Assembly: GCA_002314595.1 (NCBI GenBank)
Contig: DCGP01000017.1
Coordinates: forward strand, 23,879 to 87,878
Origin: Clostridiales bacterium UBA1775
Lineage (GTDB): Bacteria > Bacillota > Clostridia > Monoglobales > Firm-18
Direction: 5' to 3'
DNA length: 64,000 bases
Shown: piece by piece, positions 33,255-42,298 of the stretch
How positions within the stretch are numbered: the first letter of the stretch is position 1
Layout of the letters: the number at the start of each line of letters is the position of its first letter
The notes under the pieces: generated by a model
Databases searched by the model: none
What the model was told of the DNA's origin: nothing
What the model saw: only the letters and a program-made list of their open reading frames with translations
Translations under genes and position numbers: made by a program

Positions 33255-34615
33255 TCAAAATATTCTTTTGCGTTATAATAGCATATACCTTGTATTATTT
33301 TTTTAAGGTGCTTTTGGTCGTTTGGATATTCGCCTTTTTCTACCCATTCACCTATCATATTACATAGTATTCGTCTAAAATATTCGTGGCGTGGATAGGA
33401 TACAAAGCTACGAGAGTCTGTAAGCATACCAATAAAATTACCAAGTGTGCCAAGGTTTGCAAGGGCTTTTAGCTGTGCTTCCATACCATCTCTGTTATCA
33501 TTAAACCACCAGCCTGATCCAAACTGTATCTTACCCTTATAGGGTGCCTTTTGGAAGTTACCTAACATAGTGCCAAGCACATAGTTGTCCTTTGGATTTA
33601 ATGTGTAAAGTATTGTTTTTGGCAACACGTCGTTAAGTTCAAGATAGTTCATAAATGCAGAAAGCTTTTCGGCAATATTTAGGTCATTTATAGAGTCAAA
33701 GCCGGTATCTGCACCAAGTTTATTATACATTTTACTGTTGTTGTTTCTCAACGCACCAATGTGAAGCTGCATTGCCCAGTTGCGTTTGGAATATTCAGTA
33801 GCACATATTTTGAGCATAGCTGTCTTAAACGAGTCTATTTCCTCAATGGTAAGTGCTTCACCCTTCATCTTTTTGTTAAATGCTTTTCTTGCATCTCCTA
33901 TGGCAAATGGTACATATTCCATAGCGTGGTCGGATAGTTTGCAACCATTTTGCTCAAAATAATCTATCCTGTCTACAATCCACTTGGTTAGTTCTTCGTA
34001 TGTGCTGACGCCAATTTCTTTAAGATAAGGTACAAATGTTTCTTTGTCTATGTTTGTGGCATTGTCAGGTCTGAACGTAGGCAATACTTTTGTCCTAAAT
34101 CCATCTTTTTTTAGCTTAATGTGATATTCAAGATTGCTTGCCGGGTCATCTGTGGTGCATATTACCTCTACATTTGATTTTTCTATCAGGCTTTTACATG
34201 AAAACTCTTTTGATTTAAGCAGTACATTGCACCTATCCCAAATTTCCTTTGCATTATCCTCAGAAAGTGCATGGTCAATATCAAAATATCTCTTTAATTC
34301 AAGTGATGTCCAATGATAAAGTGGGTTGCCTATAAGAAGTGGCATAGTCTTTGCAAAGCAAAGCCATTTTTCATATTCGTCCTTATCGCCTGTGATATAT
34401 TCTTCATCAATGCCGTTACTGCGAATTTGACGCCATTTGTAGTGGTCGCCACCTAAAAATAATTCCTGAGCATTTTTAAACGTAGCGTCATTTGCTATCA
34501 TTTCCGGAACCAAATGGCAATGATAGTCTATTATAGGCAAGTTTTTTGCATATTCTTCATAGAGCTTTTTTCCTGTTTCGTTATATAACATAAAGTTCTT
34601 ATTTATTATTCCCAT
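33248..34615 (-). CDS. uxaC: Glucuronate/galacturonate isomerase
   Basis: N-terminal LPIIDYHCHL motif, DHYKWR, and ~455 aa length typical of UxaC. Confidence 0.9.
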   Translation of the reverse strand: MGIINKNFMLYNETGKKLYEEYAKNLPIIDYHCHLVPEMIANDATFKNAQELFLGGDHYKWRQIRSNGIDEEYITGDKDEYEKWLCFAKTMPLLIGNPLYHWTSLELKRYFDIDHALSEDNAKEIWDRCNVLLKSKEFSCKSLIEKSNVEVICTTDDPASNLEYHIKLKKDGFRTKVLPTFRPDNATNIDKETFVPYLKEIGVSTYEELTKWIVDRIDYFEQNGCKLSDHAMEYVPFAIGDARKAFNKKMKGEALTIEEIDSFKTAMLKICATEYSKRNWAMQLHIGALRNNNSKMYNKLGADTGFDSINDLNIAEKLSAFMNYLELNDVLPKTILYTLNPKDNYVLGTMLGNFQKAPYKGKIQFGSGWWFNDNRDGMEAQLKALANLGTLGNFIGMLTDSRSFVSYPRHEYFRRILCNMIGEWVEKGEYPNDQKHLKKIIQGICYYNAKEYFEF

Positions 34616-34652
34616 AATGTAAATCCCTTTTTATTTTATAATTATTTATCGG

Positions 34653-36031
34653 TTATAGTGTTACTCCGTCTTTAAATATAGATATTTCTTCAAAACCGTT
34701 TATTTCATTTTTTGTCTTTTTGCCCGATGCAATATCTATAATAAAATCTAATAAATTATCTGCTAAATCATCTAATGAAATTCCGTCTAATATAGGTGAT
34801 GAGTCAAAATCTATCCAATGTGCTTTTTTGGTAGCAAGAGCTTTGTTGGTAGATATTTTAACCGTAGGCACTGTACTGCCAAGAGGCGTACCTCTGCCTG
34901 TGGTAAACAATATTATATGTACCCCTGATGCCATAAGGTTGGTTACGGCAACCATGTCATTGCCGGGCCCGTTAAGCAAGGATAATCCGTTTTTTGATAC
35001 AGTATCACCATAGTTAAGCACATCTACAACATTAGCAAGTCCTCCCTTTTGCACACATCCTAAGGACTTTTCTTCCAATGTGGTAATTCCTCCTTTTTTG
35101 TTGCCGGGCGATGGGTTTTCATATATTACCTGATTATGAAGTCTGTAATAATCTTTGAAGTTGTTAATAAGGTCAACTGTTTTGTCAAAAACCTTTTTGT
35201 TTTTGCATCTTTCCATTAAAAGATGCTCTGCGCCAAACATTTCCGGTACCTCGGTTAGAACACAGCTTCCTCCAAAGGATATAACCTTATCTGAAAGCTT
35301 GCCAACCAACGGATTGGCGCTAATACCACTAAACCCATCACTGCCACCACATTTCAAGCCAATACGCAAATGTGAGATATTTATAGGCTTTCTTTCAAAT
35401 GTGCTTGCGTATGCTTTTAGTTCATTTATTAGCTCTATACCCTTTGCAATTTCATCTTCCTCATCTTGGCAATTTAGAAACTTAACTCTTTTTTCTTGGT
35501 AATCACCAAGTATTTTTTAAATTCATCAATATTATTATTTTCACAGCCAAGGCCAAGTACAAGCACACCACCGGCGTTAGGGTGGTTAACCATACCCTTT
35601 AATATCAGTTGTGTTGTGGTTTGGTCGTCCCCAAGCTGTGAGCAACCAAATGGGTGAGGAAAACACTTTGCCCCTGTCTCTTGGGCAAGCTTTTGTGCAA
35701 CCTTATTTACACAGCCCACAGTATTTACTATCCATACGTCATTGCGAATACCAACATCCCCATTTTCTCTCACATATCCCATAAATGTTCTGTCGCTTTT
35801 ACAATACTCTATTCCATAATCCTTATAGTTGTATGTATATTGCAAATTATCCGATAAATTAGTTTTAATATTGTGGGTGTGAACGTGTTCACCTTTTTTT
35901 ATATCGCATATTGCATGGCCTATGGGGTAGCCGTATTTTATAATATTTTCACCACGTTTGATGTTACATACGGCATACTTGTGTCCGTTATCAAGGTTAA
36001 CCTCTACATTATCTCTTTCACTAATCAACAT
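34653..36031 (-). pseudogene. uxaA: Altronate dehydratase interrupted by a -1 nt frameshift near 35506-35509
   Basis: ORF 35474..36031 gives the SAF domain plus ...GLGCENNNIDEFKKYL and then stops. Shifting one base continues GDYQEKRVKFLNCQDEEDEIAKGIELINELKAYASTFERKPINISHLRIGLKCGGSDGFSG into ORF 34653..35369. TACTTGGTGAT would read TAC TTN GGT GAT with one extra base. Confidence 0.75.
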
Positions 36032-37316
36032 ATTTTATGACCTCATCATATAAAAATGTTAAATCCGTATCCCAAAAATTTTTGTTTGCCAAAATTTCTT
36101 TTACAGATTTTTCTTTCATAAAGTCTATTACATCTTGTGCGTCATTGGGTGTACCCTTTTTATAGAACTCGATAAGCTTTGCCAAAGAAAAGATTAAATT
36201 TTCAGGCATTTTATCCATTCTCTTAATATATTCCAAAAGTGAAGGCAATACCCTTACTTTAAATTTGCTTACAGAGTTTAGAGATATTGATGCACAAAGG
36301 TGCTTAATATACGGGTTGTTAAACCTTTCAAGTACGTTGTTGGCGTAGTCCACAAGCTCTTCCTTGGGCAAATCAATGGTAGGTATTATCTCATCAAACA
36401 CACATTTTTTTACAAAGGAAAGCATCTTTTCATCTTCCATACAATCTTTTACGGTTTCTATACCACATAGCATTGCATAGGGTATCATAGATGTATGCGC
36501 TCCGTTTAATATTCTTACTTTCCTTGTACGATACATATCAAGGTTGTCCGTTAGTATGATATTGAGCCCTGTTTTGTCAAAGGGTATTTCTTTTAAAATA
36601 TCATTAGCGCCTTCTATTACCCATAGGTGAAACAACTCACTTGTATTTAGCATATTGTCCTCATAACCAAGGTCAATTTTTTCATCTCTTGGATAGCCTG
36701 TTACAATACGGTCAACAAGAGTGTTGCAAAATATATTTTCTTTTTTTACCCAATTTTCAAAATCGGAGCCAAGGTTCCAATCCTTTGCATATTGCAAAAC
36801 AATTTTCTTTAAGGTTTCGCCGTTTTTATCTATCAATTCACAAGGCAAAAAGATAAATCCTTTTAAACCAAGTTGGTACCTTTTATACAAAAGTACAGTT
36901 ACCTTTGCCGGAAAGGATTTTGGTGGAGTATCTTGAAGTCTATCATCTTTATCATAAGAAATACCTGATTCTGTTGTGTTTGAAAACACAAAACGAATGT
37001 CTTTATTTTCAGCCAATTTTATATATTCTTCCCATTGGTCGTAGGGCTTTACTGTGTTGTTAATAACATCAACAACCTTGGTGTCCACAGTAGGCTTACC
37101 ATTTTGCATACCTCTCATAATGTGAGTGTATACACAATTTTGTTCTTCAAGCCTATCACACATACCTTGTGGTATTGGTTGCACCACGGTAACACTTCCG
37201 TTAAAGGCAGTTTTTTCATTGATTATTTGCAATATCCAATCTACAAAGCCTCTTAAAAACCCTCCTTCGCCAAATTGTATTGCTTTTACCGGTCTAACTG
37301 TTTTATTTTTTATCAT
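36021..37316 (-). CDS. uxaB: Tagaturonate reductase (altronate oxidoreductase), mannitol dehydrogenase family
   Basis: N-terminal Rossmann (VKAIQFGEGGFLRGF) and the mannitol-DH C-terminal helical domain. Located between GH4 and uxaA. Confidence 0.8.
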   Translation of the reverse strand: MIKNKTVRPVKAIQFGEGGFLRGFVDWILQIINEKTAFNGSVTVVQPIPQGMCDRLEEQNCVYTHIMRGMQNGKPTVDTKVVDVINNTVKPYDQWEEYIKLAENKDIRFVFSNTTESGISYDKDDRLQDTPPKSFPAKVTVLLYKRYQLGLKGFIFLPCELIDKNGETLKKIVLQYAKDWNLGSDFENWVKKENIFCNTLVDRIVTGYPRDEKIDLGYEDNMLNTSELFHLWVIEGANDILKEIPFDKTGLNIILTDNLDMYRTRKVRILNGAHTSMIPYAMLCGIETVKDCMEDEKMLSFVKKCVFDEIIPTIDLPKEELVDYANNVLERFNNPYIKHLCASISLNSVSKFKVRVLPSLLEYIKRMDKMPENLIFSLAKLIEFYKKGTPNDAQDVIDFMKEKSVKEILANKNFWDTDLTFLYDEVIKYVD

Positions 37317-37331
37317 TTTTATCTCCTATTT

Positions 37332-38732
37332 TTACTTTAATAAGGAAAGGTCATAAGATGTTAGATATTTTTCCGTATTAAAGACCATTTCTGTAAATAA
37401 TTTTTTGGCATCATCAAGAGAACAAGTAACAAGTGGGTCATTGCAAAATGCAATAAATATCTTGTCAATGTCTCTTTTGGCAATAGCGTCTGACAGCATC
37501 TCTTGTTCCCCACATATTCTTGATACAAGAGGATATATGCTTTGTGGTATTTCCCCTGCAAACACAGGTGTAACCGTTCCTGCACGAAATACTGCATTTG
37601 TTTCCACTACTGCCCCCTTAGGCAAGTTAGGTATCTGCCCTTGGTTTGGTATGTTTACATTTGTTACAAGGTCGCATAAACCTAACAATGCTCGTATCTG
37701 GTTTACTCCTTCCTCCCCTGTGCCCTTTATTTCTACCTTCTTTGTTCCGTTTCTAAAATCTTCACTTTTTTGAAGTTTTTCTTTAAGGTAATTTTTTCTC
37801 CATGAAACAGGTGTTAAACCAAAGCCCCACTCCTTTGCAGTTTCCGGGCTTTTTAAATACCAACCTCCCTCGCAAAATTCGGCCAAGTGTCTGTCCCCTG
37901 CAGCTGCAATATATCCATACTTGTTAAACAAGTCAAATTTTAATTTGTTTGAGCATGAAAAGAAGTTGTTCATCCAATTATCATCAAGGTTTTTAGTATA
38001 TCCGTCTTTATATTTTAAAGAGAATGATTTATAAACAGGGAATAAGTCAATATTTTTATACTTTGCACTTGTTAGCCATGTAAAGTGATTTACAGCCACC
38101 GGATTTACTTTAATTTCACTTCTGTCAACATTTTCTATACCAAGCTCGGATTTTATTGCTTCCACTAATAATTTTTGTGTTCCAAACACCTCATGGCAGC
38201 ATCCGAATGCCTTTATTTCCGGAAATACTCTGTAAAGAGTCTTTACGCACAATGTCATAGGATTTGTGTAGTTAATAACCCAAGCATTTGGGCAATATTT
38301 TTTTATATTCTCGGCGATTTCTTCGTACATCGGTATGGTTCTCATTGCCCTTATAATGCCTCCCGGGCCTGATGTATCCCCAACAGATTGGTATATGCCG
38401 TATTTCTCAGGTGTATGAACATCGGATTCCATTTCGTCAAATGTGCCCGGAAGTATGGACAACACTACAAAGTCAGCATCGGTCATTGCTTCCTTTGGAG
38501 TTTTGCAAGCGTGATAGTTCCATTTTGACTTTGCATTTTCACAATCCTTGTATAGGTTGCCTATAACCTCGTTATGCTGTGCCGCCTCATAGTCTATATC
38601 ATATAGGTACATATCTCCGGATATGTCATCACAGGACGCCAAATCACTCATTAGCCCCCATGCCCAACCTTTTGAGCCCCCGCCTACATAAGCTATTTTA
38701 ATATTCTCTGCCTTGTTGTTTTTGTAATTCAT
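37332..38732 (-). CDS. Glycoside hydrolase family 4 (NAD/Mn-dependent), alpha-galacturonidase-like by context
   Basis: IKIAYVGGGSKGWA NAD-binding start, NYTNPM and CHEV motifs typical of GH4. Start moved to ATG 38732 (GGAGAG SD). The track's upstream extension is leader sequence. Confidence 0.8.
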   Translation of the reverse strand: MNYKNNKAENIKIAYVGGGSKGWAWGLMSDLASCDDISGDMYLYDIDYEAAQHNEVIGNLYKDCENAKSKWNYHACKTPKEAMTDADFVVLSILPGTFDEMESDVHTPEKYGIYQSVGDTSGPGGIIRAMRTIPMYEEIAENIKKYCPNAWVINYTNPMTLCVKTLYRVFPEIKAFGCCHEVFGTQKLLVEAIKSELGIENVDRSEIKVNPVAVNHFTWLTSAKYKNIDLFPVYKSFSLKYKDGYTKNLDDNWMNNFFSCSNKLKFDLFNKYGYIAAAGDRHLAEFCEGGWYLKSPETAKEWGFGLTPVSWRKNYLKEKLQKSEDFRNGTKKVEIKGTGEEGVNQIRALLGLCDLVTNVNIPNQGQIPNLPKGAVVETNAVFRAGTVTPVFAGEIPQSIYPLVSRICGEQEMLSDAIAKRDIDKIFIAFCNDPLVTCSLDDAKKLFTEMVFNTEKYLTSYDLSLLK

Positions 38733-38774
38733 AAACTCTCCATTCCGCCGCTGTGCGTCGGCACAATAGTATTT

Positions 38775-38820
38775 AAAAATTTCTCTTATCTGCACAGCAA
38801 GGAATGATAAGAGATTTTTT
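38775..38820 (-). promoter_or_regulatory. Terminator-like hairpin in the GH4-uxa leader
   Basis: 9-bp stem TCTCTTATC / GATAAGAGA with a 15-nt loop, flanked by A- and T-runs, about 45 nt upstream of the GH4 start. Confidence 0.3.
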
Positions 38821-39050
38821 GCACATGTGCGTTTCAAACCAAAGGTCTGAAAATTTCGCAGGTGCAATTAAATCCACCGGAGGCATAACAAAAAAGGAAC
38901 TTTCACGTTATCACTCCTGAATATTTATTATGATCATATTATATTACAAAAGTATCGTGTTTTCTATAAAAAAATAGATAATTTTTAAAAAAACATTAAA
39001 AATTGGTTGTAATTATGAAAGTTTATGATATAATATAATTGGTGATGTAA

Positions 39051-39863
39051 ATGAAAAATATAGTAGATGAAAAAATAAATTTTTTACAAAGACAGGTTAG
39101 AAACAAGGATTATGCTCTTAAAAAGCCTCACGCTCACGAGAAAAATGAAATGTATTATCTTGAAAAGGGCAGTACAGAGTATTTTATCGGAAATGAAATT
39201 TATATATTGGACGAGGGGGATTTCATCTTTGTGCCTAAAAGGGTATATCATAAAAATATCTATCATTCGGACTTTGCAGAAAGGCTACTCTTTGTATTTG
39301 ATGATGATTTTGTAGGGGAGGATTACAGTCATATATTAGGAGATTTATGCAAGGACAAGCTTGTAAAAATTCCTCAAAATCAACAGTACAGGATAAAAAA
39401 TATTCTAAATGCCATAGAGCATGAGAATAAACAAAAGTGTAGCAATTATGAAAAGATGATGAAGCTTTATTTTAAGCAACTGTTAATTGAAATTGACAGA
39501 TTAAGAATAAGGAAAAAGGTTACCAAATTTACCGAGTCTCAAATAATAGTGCAAAATTGTGCAAAATTTATCAGTCAAAATTACGGGTCGGAATTATCTC
39601 TTGATATTCTTGCCAAAAGGTTTGCAGTAAGCTCCGGATACTTGTCAAAGCTATTTAAAAAGAATACAGGGCTGGGTATCAATGAGTATATCAATATATC
39701 AAGGGTAAGTGAGGCAGAAAAAAAGCTTGAACAAGGTGGTAAATCTATTACAGAAATTGCCTCGGAATGTGGTTTCAATGACAGCAATTACTTTGCTTCT
39801 GTATTTAAAAAAATAAAAGGTATAACTCCAAAGAAATATTCATTACAAAATAAAAACGGCTGA
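39051..39863 (+). CDS. AraC family transcriptional regulator (cupin + HTH), divergent from the GH4-uxa operon
   Basis: Cupin N-domain (GDFIFVP) and C-terminal HTH pair (ITEIASECGFNDSNYFASVFKKIKGITPKKY). Confidence 0.85.
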   Translation: MKNIVDEKINFLQRQVRNKDYALKKPHAHEKNEMYYLEKGSTEYFIGNEIYILDEGDFIFVPKRVYHKNIYHSDFAERLLFVFDDDFVGEDYSHILGDLCKDKLVKIPQNQQYRIKNILNAIEHENKQKCSNYEKMMKLYFKQLLIEIDRLRIRKKVTKFTESQIIVQNCAKFISQNYGSELSLDILAKRFAVSSGYLSKLFKKNTGLGINEYINISRVSEAEKKLEQGGKSITEIASECGFNDSNYFASVFKKIKGITPKKYSLQNKNG

Positions 39864-39979
39864 GAACTATTAAAAACAGCAAAACACGAAGGATTTAGCG
39901 TTGTTTTGTAAAAATATTTATGATATACTTACTGTGTTAATAATTGATTGTGAAAATACAAAATAGGAGGAAATATTAA

Positions 39980-40618
39980 ATGAACCTTGGGAATGTTTTT
40001 ATTTTAGGTGATAGTTATTCAACATACAAAGGTTATATACCAAATGAAAATTCACCATATTACAGTGATGACGGAAAGGATTCACTTGATGTTACAAACG
40101 TTAACCTTACTTGGTGGAAAAAATTGATTGATGAAACAGGGTCTAACCTTGTTTTAAATGAAAGTTATTCTGGCTCTACATACTGTTATACCGGATATAA
40201 CGGAGATTATGTTCCCAAAACTTCATTTGTTGGAAGGCTTAGACGATGTGTTGAAAGTGGTGTTTTTAAAACGAAAATTGACACGGTCTTAGTTATGGGA
40301 GGCACTAATGACACTTGGGCAAAATCCCCTGTCGGCAAGCTGATGTATGAAAATCGTACTGAGGAAGATTTAAAAGAAGCTCTTCCTGCATTTTGTGAAG
40401 TAATGGAAATATTAAAGGCAAATGTTAAAGATGCAAGAATAATTATAATATTAAACAAGGAATTAAGCAACGAAATCACAGAGGGTTATAAAGCTGCCTG
40501 CAAGCACTATTCCGTTGAATATATGGAGCTTTTGCCGTTGTCATTAAAAGTAGGCCACCCAACAAAAGCAGGTATGGAAGAAATCAAAGACCAAATTATT
40601 AAATATATTGAAAAATAA
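39980..40618 (+). CDS. SGNH/GDSL hydrolase family protein (possible carbohydrate esterase)
   Basis: Block I FILGDSYS, block III GGTND, and a C-terminal H (GHPT). Confidence 0.7.
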   Translation: MNLGNVFILGDSYSTYKGYIPNENSPYYSDDGKDSLDVTNVNLTWWKKLIDETGSNLVLNESYSGSTYCYTGYNGDYVPKTSFVGRLRRCVESGVFKTKIDTVLVMGGTNDTWAKSPVGKLMYENRTEEDLKEALPAFCEVMEILKANVKDARIIIILNKELSNEITEGYKAACKHYSVEYMELLPLSLKVGHPTKAGMEEIKDQIIKYIEK

Positions 40619-40654
40619 AAAAGGATTGCAGTTTAAATTAACTGCAATCCTTTT
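40619..40654. terminator. Bidirectional intrinsic terminator
   Basis: 15-bp perfect hairpin AAAAGGATTGCAGTT-taaatt-AACTGCAATCCTTTT. Confidence 0.7.
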
Positions 40655-40661
40655 GATTTAC

Positions 40662-40892
40662 TTATTTACAAATAAATTCTGAAAGTTCCTTTTCTAATGC
40701 GTCTGCATCTACGCCGTGGGCGTCAACCCTAATAGGCTTTGAAAGGTCTAATGAAAAGATACCCATAATTGACTTGCCGTCAACAACATATCTGCCTGAT
40801 GTAAGGTCAACATCAAAGTCATACTTGCCAACAATGTTAACAAATTTTTTAACACTAATAATTGAGTCTAACATAATATCAAATGATTTCAT
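40662..40892 (-). CDS. HPr-family (Crh-like) protein lacking the His15 phosphorylation site
   Basis: Aligns with B. subtilis HPr. DSGIHARPA corresponds to DSIISVKKF (His15 replaced by Ser), while the Ser46 region KSIMGV is conserved as GKSIMGI. Start set to the second ATG, 9 nt after GGAGG. Confidence 0.65.
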   Translation of the reverse strand: MKSFDIMLDSIISVKKFVNIVGKYDFDVDLTSGRYVVDGKSIMGIFSLDLSKPIRVDAHGVDADALEKELSEFICK

Positions 40893-40963
40893 ATACATAT
40901 ACCTCCATATATTATTTATACTATAATAATATACTATTTTTTTCCATTTGTCAAATTTTATTA

Positions 40964-40992
40964 TTGAGAATTGCTAACAAATGTGTTACAAT
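40964..40992 (+). promoter_or_regulatory. Putative promoter of mtaB-rlmD
   Basis: TTGAGA - 17 nt - TACAAT with extended TG. Confidence 0.45.
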
Positions 40993-41023
40993 AGAATATA
41001 GGAAAAATAATGAGGTTAATATT

Positions 41024-42298
41024 ATGAAAAAAGTAAGGTTTTATACTCTTGGTTGCAAGGTGAATTTATACGAAACAGAAGCATTGAAGGGCTTATTTGA
41101 AAAGTCAAACTATAAAGTAGTTGATAATGGGTTTGCAGATGTTTTTGTTGTAAACACTTGCACCGTTACGGCAGTTAGCGATAAAAAGTCCAGACAGATG
41201 ATTAGAAGAATGAAAAAGCTAAACCCTAAAAGCATTGTTGTGGTTTTAGGCTGTTATTCCCAAATTGCACCTGAGGACGTTAAAAATATTAAAGATGTTG
41301 ATATTATTTTAGGTACAACAGACCGAACAAAAATAGTTGAATTTGTTGAAAATTATGATGGCAATCAGGTGTGCTATGTTAAAAAGGACATACCTTGTGA
41401 ATTTGAAAATTTAAAGTCTGTTCATCAATCCCGTACGAGAGCAACCTTAAAAATTCAAGATGGGTGCAGGAATTTCTGCTCATACTGCATTATTCCATTT
41501 GCAAGAGGGCCTCTACGCTCCAAGCCTATTTTGGACACAGTAAATGAGGTTAAGGAGCTTGCAAAAAACGGATACAAGGAAATTGTTTTGGTAGGTATAA
41601 ACCTTGCAATGTACGGTGTCGACATAAAAAGCAGTCTAACAGAAATAATTGAGGAAGTATGCAAGGTTGAGGGTATTGAAAGGGTAAGGCTTGGCTCAAT
41701 AGAACCAAACCTTATAACAGACGAGTTTATAAGCAGAATTTCAAAGCTTGATAATTTTTGCCATCAGTTTCATTTGGCATTGCAAAGTGGCTCTTCCTCT
41801 GTTTTAAAGCGTATGAACAGACGATATAATACAGAAGAGTATTTAGATGCAGTAAAAAGACTAAACTGTGCATTTTCGGACTGTGCTATGACTACCGATG
41901 TTATGGTAGGCTTTCCCGGTGAAACAGATGAGGAATTTGCAGAAAGTATGAAAACTGTTGAGGAAAGTGGATTTAGTGCTATTCACGTTTTCCCATACTC
42001 TCGCAGAAGGGGAACGGTTGCAGACAAAATGGAAAACCAAGTACCGGAAAACGTCAAGACACAGCGTTCCGAAAAAATGATTGCCTTAGGCAAAAAATTA
42101 AAGCAAAAATACTATGAAAAATATGTTGGTAAAACAGTTTCTGTACTGTTTGAAAGGGAAATTTCCACTAATGTCTTTGAAGGGCATACTATGAACTTTA
42201 TTCAAGTAATTGCTAACGGAAATGGTACTGAGGGGAAATGCCAAAATGTTGTTTTAAAAGGCTACAAAGAGGATTGTATGACAGGTGAAATAATATGA
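41024..42298 (+). CDS. mtaB: tRNA t6A37 methylthiotransferase (MiaB-like, MtaB type)
   Basis: UPF0004 N-domain (FYTLGCKVNLYE...NTCTVT), radical-SAM CRNFCSYC, and a C-terminal TRAM-like region. Start at ATG 41024. Confidence 0.85.
   Translation: MKKVRFYTLGCKVNLYETEALKGLFEKSNYKVVDNGFADVFVVNTCTVTAVSDKKSRQMIRRMKKLNPKSIVVVLGCYSQIAPEDVKNIKDVDIILGTTDRTKIVEFVENYDGNQVCYVKKDIPCEFENLKSVHQSRTRATLKIQDGCRNFCSYCIIPFARGPLRSKPILDTVNEVKELAKNGYKEIVLVGINLAMYGVDIKSSLTEIIEEVCKVEGIERVRLGSIEPNLITDEFISRISKLDNFCHQFHLALQSGSSSVLKRMNRRYNTEEYLDAVKRLNCAFSDCAMTTDVMVGFPGETDEEFAESMKTVEESGFSAIHVFPYSRRRGTVADKMENQVPENVKTQRSEKMIALGKKLKQKYYEKYVGKTVSVLFEREISTNVFEGHTMNFIQVIANGNGTEGKCQNVVLKGYKEDCMTGEII

Noticed and set aside
34653-36031. 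uxaA as a naturally two-subunit (SAF-domain small subunit plus large subunit) enzyme
   Set aside because: The split falls inside the conserved large domain, not after the SAF domain. The downstream reading frame continues the protein seamlessly after a 1-nt shift, so a frameshift is the simpler reading.
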